DNA of 63,344 bases, counting the filler, from Choristocarpus tenellus KU-1152 (Eukaryota; Protista; Phaeophyceae): the NCBI GenBank assembly GCA_964200185.2. It is 12 parts of 12 records of this genome, joined end to end, with 100 filler letters (N's around TTAATTAATTAA, not from the genome) between each part and the next. Parts side by side here need not be neighbours in the genome. Positions count along the whole stretch, not along the records: positions 51,177 to 60,156 come from CAXNAD020004135.1; positions 60,257 to 63,344 come from CAXNAD020022398.1; 10 more parts are not named here. One strand, given 5' to 3'. Under the pieces are notes generated by a model, which had not been told where the DNA came from, made no database searches, and was given only the letters and a program-made list of their open reading frames with translations. This document shows positions 51,177-63,344 of the stretch, piece by piece; the first letter of the stretch is position 1, and each line of letters begins with the position of its first letter. A program made the translations under genes and the position numbers.

Positions 51177-51241
51177 AACCGCGACATGAAAAAATTGACC
51201 CCAAATGAACAGCCGCTACCCCCTCCCAGATACTTTGAGCC
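51177..51241. mobile_element. MITE family B, partial at contig edge
   Basis: GACATGAAAAAATTGACCCCAAATG...CCCAGATACTTTGAGCC. Confidence 0.7.
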
Positions 51242-51244
51242 AGA

Positions 51245-51635
51245 TACTCGTGGATAGTGCTGCTGATGCACTATAGACACCACTGGTGGAGTAGATAATA
51301 GGATGGACAGCCAGCGATAAATGTACCATATGTATTGACTCACTAGTGTCAACTGATTTGTGTTCTGTTCTAGATGCGCTTGTTATACTGAGGACAAGTA
51401 AGTAGGCGATTCATACTCCAGTATTAAGTTAATGTGGATGATTGCAAACCCCACACTATAGGAAGAGTAATAGGTGTCACCAGTTATGAGCCCCATGAGT
51501 TCAATCAATGGAACTGAGACCACGAGCCCCCTTGTAACATTAACCTTATATATTCACACATCAACAAGTATTGTCCTCTACCAAAGCACACGATTGATCA
51601 TCTTAACCGCAGGTCCAGTGTGAAATACTTAAACA
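51245..51635 (+). mobile_element. Solo LTR of the same Copia family
   Basis: Colinear reverse-complement similarity to 42150-42526 (GATAGTGCTGCTGA, CAAACCCCACACTATAG, CTTGTAACATTAAC, ends TACTTAAACA). No gag follows. Confidence 0.72.
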
Positions 51636-52490
51636 TTAGACAGTGTCCATATTGCGTGGGAAAGGTCAGGCAGCATTGAAGTCAAAAGAGGAATGGGAGG
51701 ATAAAAGGTGTAACAAGTGTGCTAACTAATGATGAGGCCACAGATGGATATGAAATTCAAGAAATGTGGTGGTGTACAGGAAGGGTAAAAGTTTTCATTT
51801 GGGCTCAGGGGAGGCTTGGGCGATGTCCAAAGAATAGTTGATCTTCTGGAAACTCTAAAGTGTTCCCAGGATATTGAGCACCGCACAATGCAAGTACGAC
51901 TATCTCCATTTGGGTACATTCTTGGCCTAGCGATAAGGTCCAGAGTGCATCAATTGCTCAAGAGCATTGTTCCCAAGTCTTTCGTGACTGACTGAAGCTA
52001 TTAAGGGATCTTTGGGAGTCACCCCCCCTCCCCCAAGAATAAGCCATCCAGAAAAGCAGATTGCTGTGTATGATCCCTTTGTCACTAATTTTCAGGCCCC
52101 ATCTTGATCTTAGTCAGGAAGAAAGAGTAACAACCTTGGCCCCAAACCTTGAGCACTATTGCCTGAGAAAACACTCTGAAAGGGCAAGACTTAAAACTTT
52201 CCAACCACATATGAGACAATTAGTATGTAAATTTGTATTCTCCATCTGTGAGAACCATATGGTTGACCTGTCACTGACAAACTCCCTCTCACTTTATCCT
52301 TTAAGGCCCTTGAGAGGGCACACTCCAGCTGAGAAGACAAATAAAAGCTTCCCTGTGCAACTTGTCACTGATTATGTGAAGATTGTTGAACAGAATGTGG
52401 GAAATTCTGAGAAGAGCACTTGTCCTCCTCCCTAAGCCCCGTCCCACCTCCTTCTCATACGTTGAGCTGCTGTACTGATCTACTGCTCAC

Positions 52491-55400
52491 CGGGGTGCGA
52501 AAAAACTTCTGTGGGAATGATGATCGCACGAGTGCCCCACCTCCAGCCCCTACTGTGCCACCTGCGTAAACAGCTAGCTCTGGTTCTAGGAGCCTTCTTT
52601 CTTCCTTTCTCCTTTCATCCGGTAGAAGGCTATGCCAGTCTTCATCATCACCTATGTACGCCAAAATGAGGAAGGGGTCGGTGACAGGAGTAGTAGGAGA
52701 GGTGGATGGGAAGGGGAATGCAAGGATGGAGGAAAATATAAGGAGGGGTGGGGGGTGGGGTGTGTGTATGTGTGAAGAAGGTTGGAGGTTGACTGGGGGT
52801 TTGCGAAGAAGAGATTTTATCGTGTTCAGAACATACTCTTCTATGAATAGATCATCCCTGTTTACTAGGAAAAATGTAACCTTTGACCAAAGAATTTAAG
52901 AACACAATCCTCTATTTAGCCTTGAGCATTTTCAAAGAACAATGCATTGACCCAAAGTATCTGGGGGATGGGGGGGGGTCTACACCAGGCTGTCCATTTG
53001 GGTCATGACCAGGAAAATTGCACTTACATTATCCATCAGACGTATGCAACCAAATCAAACAAAAATCACGACATGAAAAAATTGATCCCAAATGGACAGC
53101 CGCCGCCCCCCCCCCCAGATACTTTGAGCCATTTGATATCCCCTCATTATTCCACTGATATGAGCAGTGGTCCAGATCACTGTTCTCTAATCCGTTTTAT
53201 GTCAAAGAGCAGAGTATATGCCACATACTCCGGAATATGAGTGATATCCCATAGCTCATGATCTTTTTCAAATTGTTGTCGTCCATTCAAACATTTGTCG
53301 TAAAATATGTCAAGTGCCCAAAGTAGGTAAACAAGTTTGTTTGACTTGGATGAAAGAAGTAGCCCTGAGCATCTCATCTAGGGTAAAAAAATCACCATTA
53401 AATCACACAGAGTCAAAGTATCTTAGAGGGTAGAATGGAGTCAGTTTGGGGGTCAAAATCCAACTTTGTGGATTTGATGTAATTTTGGTTGTCGTGTTTG
53501 TTAGGAAGTGTCAATATCCTAGTTTGGACATACCTTTTCATAACGTATACATTTTATCTACTTCGAAACATTTCAGAGAGGATAAAATGTCATAATAAAA
53601 AATATGGGAAGCCAAGCCCCAAACGGACAAACAGTGCAAAACTCGTACCCTCTAAGATACTTTCACTCACAATAGTTCACTGCCTCCTCCTATTCATATA
53701 CCCACCACTCCATTGTCCAAACATGAGTTCACACATGCACAAAACCATGTACAGCTACGTAGAGCTGTACTCATTTGTATATAGTTGTTTGCATGGCAAC
53801 TTCAAGTTTAGCCACACATCTGACTTGGACTTTTTTCTTGCTCTCACCCTCATCCCCTGGTATTGCTGTGCTTCCCGCCAATTCCTCTCTTTCCCTTTCA
53901 TCTCCTTCACTGTCACTGCCATCGCTGCCAGGCCAGCTTTCTACTCTCCCTGCAAAGGTCTCACACCGTCTGAGGTATTGCTGGATGACTGGGTAGGAAA
54001 GATTGCCTGTCCCTGCTTCGCCAACTGTGTCTATGATCAGACCCTCAAACACCTTTGGATGAGATTGCAATGTTGATGGTTGATAGGGATGAACATAGGG
54101 GAGAGACTATGGCAACATATTCCATATGGAGTATGCATTTATGGTGAGGCTAAGAAGATACAGTGAAGAGAGGGACACTTGGAAAGGAGGGAGAGCAGGT
54201 AGCAGGCAGGAAAGGGAAAGGGGAATTGCTTGTACTGAAAATTCTAATGTAGGATGATTTGAACTATTGTGCATAGGACAAGTTCCGCCACAGTTAGAGT
54301 GAAACTATCTTGGAGAGTAGAGCCGCGTTCATTTGAGAGGAAGAATTCAATGTTGCAATTTTGATGTAATTTTGGTGATCGTGTTTGTTAGGGATGTCAA
54401 TATCCCTTGTTCCGGACACACATTTTCAAATGTATACATTTTACCTACTCCGACAACATTTTGGAGCAGGTAAAATGTCATAAAAAACCCCGTGGGAAAC
54501 CAAGCCACAAATGGACAAACAAGGAAAAACTCGTACCCTCTAAGATACTTTCACTCTTAACGTGATCGAATGTATGAGAGTAAAGTCGCATAACTCTCAG
54601 CTCATGAGCCAAAGCATCTTAGAGGGTAGGGCCGCGTCCACTTGGGGGCCAAAATCCAATGTGGCAATTTTGATGCAATTTTGGCTATCGTGTTTGTTAG
54701 GAAGTGTCAATATCCTTGTATCGGGCACACCTTTTCATAACGTATATATTTTACCTACTCTGAAACATTTTGGAGTAGGAAATTTTCATCAAAAAAACCC
54801 TTGGGAAGCCAAGCCCCAAATGGACAAACAGGGCAAAGCTCTTACCCTCTAAGATACTTTTAGTCTCATGCTGGTATCATAGCCCAACCTTGTGAGTGTC
54901 CTCGCATTAGGGGGGGGAAAGCAAAAATACTTACTGTTCCTACTCCACCTCTTTCCATCTGCTCGAATTTCGTTCACCTGTGAAACCTGGGGCTTCCATC
55001 GGCAAAGGCCCTCATGTGAGGTGTAATTGGCAGCGACTCGCTCTTTTGAATGTGTTGTAGGAAGTGACACAGCAAGGGGAGTGGGGCCAATGCCACCATA
55101 CTTGGAAAGCAGGAACGGTGGGGGCGGGTTAGGTCTCCTGTGTTGGGACAGCGGACTTTAAGTTCAAAAAGACGACAGTGAATGCTAGTAATAAGACAAA
55201 GGGTGGGAAGGGTAGGCCAGGGGGGATCTGTTCATTCTTTGTGATAAGTGAAAAAGTCAATAGTGGAAAGGAATGGGGATTGGGAATAGGGGTTCGGAAA
55301 AGATCCAGAGGCAGAAGGACAGTATGTGGAAGACTGAGTTACTGTAAATGAAACTATACTAGGTAGCAATTTAACCAAAGGAACTATTGTCAATTTGTAA

Positions 55401-58400
55401 ATCTATGCACTCCGATATCCTTTTTTTTTGCCCTGTCACTTCTTGCTCTTACCTTGACCGCGAGGACACCTTCCTCCCCCATGTACAGTGACGTAAGACA
55501 GCGAAGAAGGATATCACAATAGGGAGAAGCTGGGCTATCCTGATGCGACAGGTCAGAGATGAGCCCCCCAAGCCCCCTGACCAGGATGAGCAGAATCCGT
55601 GATCCAACATCCTTCTTAGGGTCACCCTCGACGAAACCAACCTCAGGATGCCCACGTCCAACCATCTCAGCCTAAGGTATATGGGCAATAAGGAATGCCG
55701 GCGTGCAGGAACCTACATATTTTGTTCTGGGTATTTTTTTATCTAGCTCAGGTGTGAGGTTTACTATTTGAAGATCAACCTTCAACAGTTGGAAGGAATA
55801 GGATACTAGGGAACCTGGTAGGGGTCTTCATCTTGGAGAGTGTAGTTGATGGTGGGAGGGGTTTTAGGCCTTGGTATTTAGAAGTCACACACTTTGGATT
55901 ACTTGTGGAGAGCTTGTAGGTGGAATGGTTTACTAGAGCAGGAAGGATACAACCGAATATTGTGGGTATTAAATTGAGTGGGTAGTCGGGGTTTTTTCCA
56001 CATTTGTAGGTTGTCTTGAATTCCTAAGTATTATGTGAGCATACCCCTGAGCAGCTTGGCTGGCATTTTCATCCTTTCTTGAGTTTATATATGCTCAACC
56101 CCCTTCCCCCCCTCCCACCTCCTATTCTTTTACCCTACCTCTTCACAGCTCAGGAAACGCAGTACCAATGCTGAAGCCCTCACCAATACCCCTCCTGCAA
56201 ATAGCTCATCTACCACTTCGGCATGACTCTCTGCTGCAAGGCGTGCGGCAACAGGATCTCCTGCCAATGACAATGTTGATGGTCTGTGCATCATGTGATT
56301 TAGCTCTCGGAACACACTGGCTACTTCAGCCGCATCAAACCGTACTCGTGTCTCTCCTGCTTCTTGGACTGCATCCGATGAGAAACAACGATGACTGAGG
56401 AAAGGTGGAAGGTGCTGGGCGAGGAATGCCTGTGACAAGGTGTCCAGCGGATTAGACACTAGGTCACGGAGTGATTGGACAGAGGCCTTCCTGTTCATGC
56501 CGATATAGGAAGCAATAGCCTCACGATTTGAAGGATCCCCACTGGAAATGTTCATTGCTCCTCTTCCCTCTACTCCTGGGGGAGAAAAAAATGGCATGCA
56601 TAGAAGGTCGGAGATGGAGGGCCTTCGATCTGGGTCAGGCTGAAGGCACGTGCACAACACCTGGACGAAATCTGATGCAAACATGCATGTAGTGTCCACT
56701 CCCACTTCTGTAACAAGTTTATGAGGGACATCAGCATGACTTCCATCTACCTCGTTGTGGTCACATATATTTCCTTTCTCCTGTTGCAGAGGGTGTGAGG
56801 TTGGGGGATAGAAGGTGGAAGGAAGAGAAACGCTGGCATAGAGTATGTGCTTAAACAGGGCATATTGAATGCTCACTCTGTCCATGTCTTTCCTACCCCT
56901 GATTTCTGCATCCCCTTTGGTAATACTCTTGTCTGGGGGGCACATGCACTTTGCCAGCATAGTGATCTCAGTCTCTGTCAGAGGTATGAAGAGCTCCTCC
57001 TCCAGAATCCTTTGAAATGTTTTGAATTGGACAAGGCCCGTCGCTAGGGGATCTACAGTGCTAAACAACCTCATTGCCTTCTCAATGACTGGAATGCTTG
57101 CCCCTATACCTTCGTCACTGAGATTGCCTTTGCCACAATCATGGCATACCCACTCATCTCCTCCAAAGCGTGCACTATTAACCCCAGTTGCATGGCAACT
57201 TTTTGTGTCATCCCCCTCTCCTACTCCCTGGGAAGTGCTCCCACTGTCCTTTGCCACCCTTCTGGTCCTCCCACCCCCCAAAACCCCTATCTCACCCTTA
57301 CGAAAATCTTTCCACTGCCACTGGGCTACCCCTGATCCTACCGCACTAATTGCTAAGGCTTCGCTGACAGCAACTTGTAGGTGCCGTCTCAATTTCAGCA
57401 GTAGATCCTTCCATGACATTACATTGGACTCTCTCTGAGCTTCCTGGAATAACTGCTGATGTACCCATGCCTGCTCGAGGCGAACTATTGTTGCCTCTAC
57501 TGACGCCGTTGCTGTTGGCATGTTGTTTTTTACCGATCCACCTAACCCCTGGCAGATGTGATGAGCCATGGATGGGCCTGACTCCATACTAATCGCTGCA
57601 CCTAAGCACATAGCCTCCAGTGCAGCTGTAAGAGGTCGGTTGGGACGTGTATCTGGGTGTACAAGTAGGTGGGAGGTATTGGAGAACTTAGAGTAGGATC
57701 TTTCCCCATGACCCTTTTTACCTTTCCCAGTCCTGTTGATGCCATTTTTGTCAGAGATTGGCAGAGCAAAAGGAAAGAAATCGTATTGTAGGCGTCTGGC
57801 TATATCGCCTAGCAATGCTGGGTTTTCATCTTTTGAAGCAGCAATTTCAATAGCCAGAGGGATGGCATGGCTAAGAGTGAGGCCATAAGCAGGCGGGGGG
57901 TATCCAAAGGCAATTTCACAGAGAAGAATGCCAAGGGTCCACACGTCCCATCTAGAAGTGACTGGGAAGGCCCCCTCAGAAGCAATTGACACTAGGGTCA
58001 GACTCCCGCCAGCTTCTACTGCATCTACGTTGCCCATGTACTTGCTATTGGCACAATTTCTAGTATTGATATCATTGGTCCCTTTTACTCTGGAGAAGTC
58101 ACCTTTGCTGATGCTGTTTTTGCCCCGCACACAATCATGTGTTAACATGAATGCTTCTGGAGGTGTCACACACTGACCCGGCCCGAAGATCTCTGGGTCA
58201 AGGGCCGGAGTGTCAGGGCTAAGATGTCCTCTATCATCGAGTGTGGTTAGATGGGAAAATGATACTACCTTCACGGTCAATCCGTCTGGGCTTACAAGCA
58301 CCGTCTTTGGACGACAATCCCGCAGGAGTAGGGAGTGCAAGTGGAGACACTTGAGAGCTGAGGCAATTTGCCCTCCCCACAAGCGTAGGATCTGGAGGCC

Positions 58401-59861
58401 TTGCCTCTGTACTTTTGCTTTTCCCACAGTGGACCATAAGAGCCCACCATGTTGATATGATAGCTCTGAGAGTGGTATCCACCCCTGGAGGCGATCGGTG
58501 ATCAGGTATGAGGGGCAGGGGATTTGGGTAGTAGCACTATTGATCCCATCACCATGGGCATCATTCTCATTAGCATCGCCTTGTGCACACTCATTTCTCC
58601 TGCCTCCACCATGTGACCCGTCAACTACCATTGCATTTGGACGGAACCTGATGAATCCAGGGTGCTTGCACAGTGTAGGCACTGACATAAGGGCAGTCAC
58701 TCGTTCCATGTGCTCACCATATGTAAAGATCCTCTGCCCCCCCTTGCAATTATCATCCCTAACAACACACGCTCTTTCCCTTGCTCTTTCTCTCGATATC
58801 TCAAGTACTGCTACAGGCTCCCCATCCATAAAATGGCTGTCTTCCTGAGCAAACAGTGCCCTGCCATTACAAGCCCATCCACCAAATGCCTCGATCCCAC
58901 GCTCACACCTCTCTGATAGTTGGATGCCCCTATTTACACGGATGGTGAGAGCAGCTTGTCTAGTTCCACCATTACTCCTGGCTGCAACTACAGCTTCTGC
59001 ATGTGTGAACAGCTCTAGAGCACTGACTGCCTTCTCACTCGGATCCTTGGTCCCTTTTTGAGCCCTGACACACGTCCCAGTCATCATTGGGGATGTCTTA
59101 GCCCTGGCCTGAGCAAGTAGAATGTCCATACCCCTGCGACCTGCTTCTAACCTTGCAGTGATAAGACTATTTCCGGCAGCCTTAAGGCACTGTTTCCAGT
59201 AACGGCACCGACGAAGAAGGACATAATGGCCCAGCAGGGAATGCCCAGCGTGGAATTTCTTACCAGGCTTGTCCTCACTACTGCGGATGGTGTTGTGAAC
59301 ACCGTGCTGCAAACTGATCACTGCCTCATGAAGCGAACGGAAGGCATCACTCACATGTTGCACCGGATCGAATTCTGCAGCTAATTTTGCAAAGTCCTTT
59401 GGTCCTATCCATGGGGTTGCGATGTTCACAACACCTCCACCAAGCTCCTGGTCAGCTCCTCTCCCCCCCTTTGCCCCCTCCTGCTCGTTCCTTCTCGTTG
59501 TATCTCTCGTCTTCTGGAGATGTGCAGAGGAAACCTCATTTCCGACTCTCCCCTGTTGTTCTGGCACTAATGCGGATTCCGAACGCGGACTGGTTGTGCA
59601 GGCAACTGCTTGTGCCCTCTTGACAAAAGTCTCCAATAGATTGCCTCCTTCTGGAAGCTGTCCCAGGGTTACTAGCAAAGCATATGCCTCCTCTGCCGAA
59701 GCATAATTAGCCTTAGCCATAATGTCAGTGAGAGATGCATGCAATGCATTCCAACTAACATTTTTTTCCTGATCTCCGATATAATTCTTGGATGCATCCT
59801 TGGTCAGATACCTGACTCCACTTTCTCTTGTCTGGGAAGTACTAACATGTCTCACGGTATC
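52491..59861 (-). CDS. Large protein-kinase-like (probable pseudokinase) protein; exons 59861-56139, 55671-55453, 55100-54978, 54052-53848, 52651-52491 (partial at both ends)
   Basis: A 1241-aa stop-free frame with a CAG acceptor at 59862 and a GT donor at 56138. Kinase subdomains: QIASALKCLH..LLLRDCRPKTVLV, VKVVSFS, TPPE, WDVWTLGILLCEIAFGYPP, CLQPDPDRRPSISDLLCMPFF. Four downstream exons splice in compatible phases; these are less certain than the main exon. Confidence 0.82.
52949..53130. mobile_element. MITE family B copy in a kinase intron, TSD ATT
   Basis: TIRs GACCCAAAGTATCTGGGG / CCCCAGATACTTTGAGCC, with ATT on both flanks. Confidence 0.82.
53410..53668. mobile_element. MITE family A copy in a kinase intron, TSD ACA
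   Basis: TIRs GAGTCAAAGTATCT / AGATACTTTCACTC, with ACA on both flanks. Confidence 0.82.
54297..54556. mobile_element. MITE family A copy in a kinase intron, TSD TTA
   Basis: TIRs GAGTGAAACTATCT / AGATACTTTCACTC, with TTA on both flanks. Confidence 0.82.
54606..54866. mobile_element. MITE family A copy in a kinase intron, probable TSD CAT
   Basis: TIRs GAGCCAAAGCATCT / AGATACTTTTAGTCT; it starts about 50 bp after the previous copy. Confidence 0.8.
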
Positions 59862-60092
59862 CTGATGGTTGTTGATAATGATGGAGAGGGTGCAGTTGCA
59901 GTTGGGGACCGGAATTGACCAGGGGTGGATGACAGACTATGAGCCTCAAAATGAGTATGCACTCCCTCTAATCATTGTGGGAATTCTATGCTAATTTGTG
60001 GGTGTTGGATCATGTGAATATTGTAGGAGATTGAACACAAAAGAAACCTCCTTATTTTCAATAGACGAGGCACCTCACACGATGGGAGTAGC

Positions 60093-60156
60093 AGGTCAAA
60101 GTATCTGGGGGGGGGGGTCTACACCAGGGTGTCCACTTGGAACCTGACCAGGGGAA
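60093..60156. mobile_element. MITE family B, partial at contig edge
   Basis: GGTCAAAGTATCTGGGGGGG..TCTACACCAGGGTGTCCA. Confidence 0.7.
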
Positions 60157-60256
60157 NNNNNNNNNNNNNNNNNNNNNNNNNNNNNNNNNNNNNNNNNNNN
60201 TTAATTAATTAANNNNNNNNNNNNNNNNNNNNNNNNNNNNNNNNNNNNNNNNNNNN

Positions 60257-60326
60257 GTCGTGTCTGCATTTCCTAATCTACTCCACCGATGGTGTCTATA
60301 GTGTACCAGCAGCACTATCTACGAAC
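60257..60326 (-). mobile_element. Partial LTR (5' end) of the same Copia family at a contig edge
   Basis: GGTGTCTATAGTGTACCAGCAGCACTATCTACGAACA matches the end of the 42150-42526 LTR. Confidence 0.65.
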
Positions 60327-62110
60327 AGATAAAGCAGGAGAGGAGCGGCTAAATCTCGGCTACGCCAAATTGTCTCAGTAACTACACAAGTAGCACTGTC
60401 TAGACGTGTCATGCTTTTTAAGCTGGAGTCACCAGGAAGATGGCCACGGAGGGGTTTAGTTCTTCGGATGGCCTCCCTAGCTCCTCACCCTGAGGGACAG
60501 GAATAGGTAAAATTGAGGCGCAGGAAGGCAGTGACATAACATAGATGGTAAGATAGCAAATAGATTAATGCTTTTTTATTTGTGACATATTATATTTCTT
60601 TAGGGGGCTTATACTGACATGTTAATATTTCTCATTAGCTTCCCCCCTGACACACATCTGGAAAATGTCAGAGGGCATATTAATAAAAATATATTTGTAT
60701 ATTTGATGGTATGACAGACACTAGTGTTCACTACTGAGAATAGATTTCGTCCATCACAAAGTAGTAGTTGTATTTTTTTATGTTGCAGTATGTTTACCAT
60801 GGGAGATAGGGTTGCGATAAGTGCACTTCAATGCGGTACGGTTACAGTACTACCAACACATTTCCCCAGTACGTTGGATTTGTAGAGTGAAAAGTACCCC
60901 TATACGATACGGTTGAGAATCTGATGGTTCTGCTCGGCTTTCCAAATATCTAGTAGTTACCAACAGTCAGGAATTGGCTTCCAACAGTACGTTTGCAGGA
61001 GATATCGAGTACTACCTGTGAACATTTTTGTTAGCCCTAATCTTCGCCATTGTCCAACCGTGTACCAATATAAAGATATATGAACGGTTGGATTGTTTTG
61101 AAAGGAAAAATAATTAAAATGTTTGTGATTTGGGGTCTAAATGTATCTGAGACTTGCTCGTTTGAATGGGGTCTTGTTTGAATGCATACGTATTGCCACA
61201 CCCAGCATCCCCTCCAAGAACTCAATACCAAATGGCAACCTAAGTAACTCGTGTCTGCTCTCTTCCGCATTCAAGATACGCATTGTGTGTGTTACGCCAC
61301 GCGGCTGCTATCACCCCATCGATTCCTGTGCCTTCAGCACTTATTTCTTTTGCTGTAAAGCATCGATTATGTTCAGTGCAACCCTCCTGGAAGCCTCCCA
61401 CAAGACCTTTGTATGCATTCAGGCCTATCTTCACTCTCAGAGCTCCATTCGTATGGTCCAAGTGCTCATTATATAGGTGGGCGGGCTTATCCCTTCTTGC
61501 TCGCAACAAGCGTCAACGTGGCGTTAAAGTCCCGGTCGGAACCAATATGCGCTTGATCGTTTTTTCCGTTCTCCCTTCACTGTGTGCACCTTTCCCCCTT
61601 CACCAACCACAACAGACCGACCTTCAATGGCCTGCCGTATTCATTTTTGATCCTCACTCATATATGACTTGTTCTAAACTCAACTAAATCAACCCTGCTG
61701 ATGCCATTGGAAACTGGAAATTTTGCTTATTTCGCTTCTAATATCTAATATCCGTTGCGTTTGGCTTGTTGTAGTGGACCTCAATGTTCTGGGATGCCCC
61801 CCTCAAGGATGTGTTGAAGGTGTAGCCAATCTCTCCCATCACACCAGTACATGCATTCCTACCATACATTGTACGAAACATTTCAAAAATGTACATTAAC
61901 TGTCACATCGTGTTATGTGCTTATACCAGCAAACACGACGTGAGCATGACACAAAGCACTGGGATATCTTCCTCTGAAAGAGTGAAGTATACGTACCCAG
62001 GTCTTGACCATTTAGCATTTTAAGCCATTATTTTAGTCTTACACAATTTACCTACATTTCTTGCGTTATGTACTAAGTTTGACTTGAGAGTCGATATCAA
62101 CGTCTCTATT

Positions 62111-62225
62111 GGGCCAAAGTATCTGGGGGGGGGTGCCGGCGTCCATTTTTTACCCTTTTTTCGATTTTCACTTTTTGGTGTGATTTGGTCGCACATGTCA
62201 GATTTGAAATGTCAGCAAAAAAAAG
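62111..62225. mobile_element. MITE family C terminus
   Basis: GGGCCAAAGTATCTGGGGGGG...CCCTTTTTTCGATTTTCACTT...GGTGTGATTTGGTCGCACATGTC matches 26545-26678. Another TIR starts at 63300. Confidence 0.68.
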
Positions 62226-63344
62226 AAGACTGTTGGTTAGGTTCCTTTCTGTCCTTGTGTACGCAAGAGGAATGGGAATATATGCCACCATTTATTTGGG
62301 TTTGGTTAGGAGTTTCGACGTTTGCATATGTCGGATTTCGAGTCTGTTCAAACTGGATTATTGGTTCATGTATGTTGGTCGTGCAGTTACGATAAAGAAT
62401 AGGAGATATGGGTTAGGTTGTTCCAGGGCTGGATATTGGTTTGTTTGGTTGCATGAGTGGGATTTGGTTAGCACATAAAGAGAGCTGTCCGTTAGGGTGT
62501 GTTTTCCCACTGTTAGGATTAGGAATTGAAAATAAGACTATGGGCTGTTGTGAGGTTGTTTTTTTCGTTTATTTGCTTGCATGAGTTGTGTCTGGTATGT
62601 ACACAATAAGGACCGTCAGTTCGGGCCTGTTCTCCTGGTGTGTGCTCGAGGAACCAAAACATATATCATGTACAGTTTAAATGTAATTATTTGTTTATTT
62701 GCGTGCATGTGTCGGATTTAGTATGTAAACAGACATGGTTGTCTCTGAGGGTGTTAGGGTTGAAGTTGTTGGTATGAAGGAAGGGAAAAGGATCAGGTTT
62801 TGTTTTCGGGTTAGTGTATTACATCTCTCATGTAATGCTTGGACGGAATCTGGAGGTGTATACAAATGGTTATTGGTCAAGGCCTATTGTCATACGTTTC
62901 TCTGAAAGTATTTCAAGGTACACTTCCAGAGGTCCTGGGTTGGTGCTCTGCTTAGGAGCATCGTGCGTGGACTTCGGTATATGATCCTCCAACATTCGAA
63001 GGAGGACGTGATCGGTTCTAGCTTGTCGACAGTTGGACAAAAGATGAGATGGTGCATAGAGTATTGAGAAGAAGAGGGGAGGTGCGTTATAGTGTTCAAG
63101 AAATAAATAGCGGCTTTGAGAAGGACAGGGTATCCATCGCAGGCCCTGGCGAATTGTTTGGAAAGGGTAGCTGAGAAGATGGAGAAGAGTTGTTTGATTG
63201 ATGTATTATGTTTTAGTTGTCTATAAACCTTGTAGTAAACACGCTCTTTTAACAATTAATAACCACAGGTCTAATCCTCAACGTGAGCATGATATATGAG
63301 GGTCAAAGTATCTGAGGGGGGGGTGTGGTTTGTGAGGGGGCGTC

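Noticed and set aside
53489-54076. 195-aa plus-strand ORF
   Set aside because: It begins inside a MITE and runs antisense to a kinase exon, so it is a shadow ORF.
5994-60256. Recurring TTAATTAATTAA motif flanked by N runs, as a biological repeat
   Set aside because: Identical 100-nt spacers with all-frame stops are a contig-concatenation artefact. For the same reason no gene cluster or operon can be inferred across them.
61037-63255. Coding-like minus-strand ORFs (61037-61509, 62890-63255); similar cases at 4784-5301 and 11186-11548
   Set aside because: No recognisable motifs or consistent splice structure. They are probably decayed TE sequence but cannot be supported as features.

Overview
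Eukaryotic nuclear DNA, not a prokaryotic locus. The window joins 12 short contigs with identical 100-nt spacers (44 N + TTAATTAATTAA + 44 N), so adjacency across spacers is not evidence of linkage. Intron-rich genes, TTAGGG-type microsatellites and the LINE family suggest a photosynthetic stramenopile (brown alga or close relative); this is inference. Genes reconstructed by hand from splice sites: a complete 6-exon CBF5/dyskerin; three SPT16 exons; an SCP2-FYVE fusion; cNMP-binding-domain exons; thioredoxin-fold-like exons; and a large pseudokinase with a 3.7-kb exon and an EF-hand-like insert. The rest is mostly transposon debris: about 17 copies of three MITE families sharing a 14-bp TIR and 3-bp TSDs, a Copia LTR-gag remnant with two more LTR copies, RLE-type LINE fragments, a probable MULE remnant, and tandem repeats (78, ~232, ~115 bp). 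Most notable are the SCP2-FYVE architecture, the split pseudokinase, a CpG-island/gene-body CpG-depletion pattern suggesting DNA methylation, the shared-end MITE system, frequent AAG acceptors and GC donors, and an unexplained CpG-rich repeat-plus-gene cassette at 42.5-46.8 kb. No CRISPR array, rRNA or intact tRNA was found.
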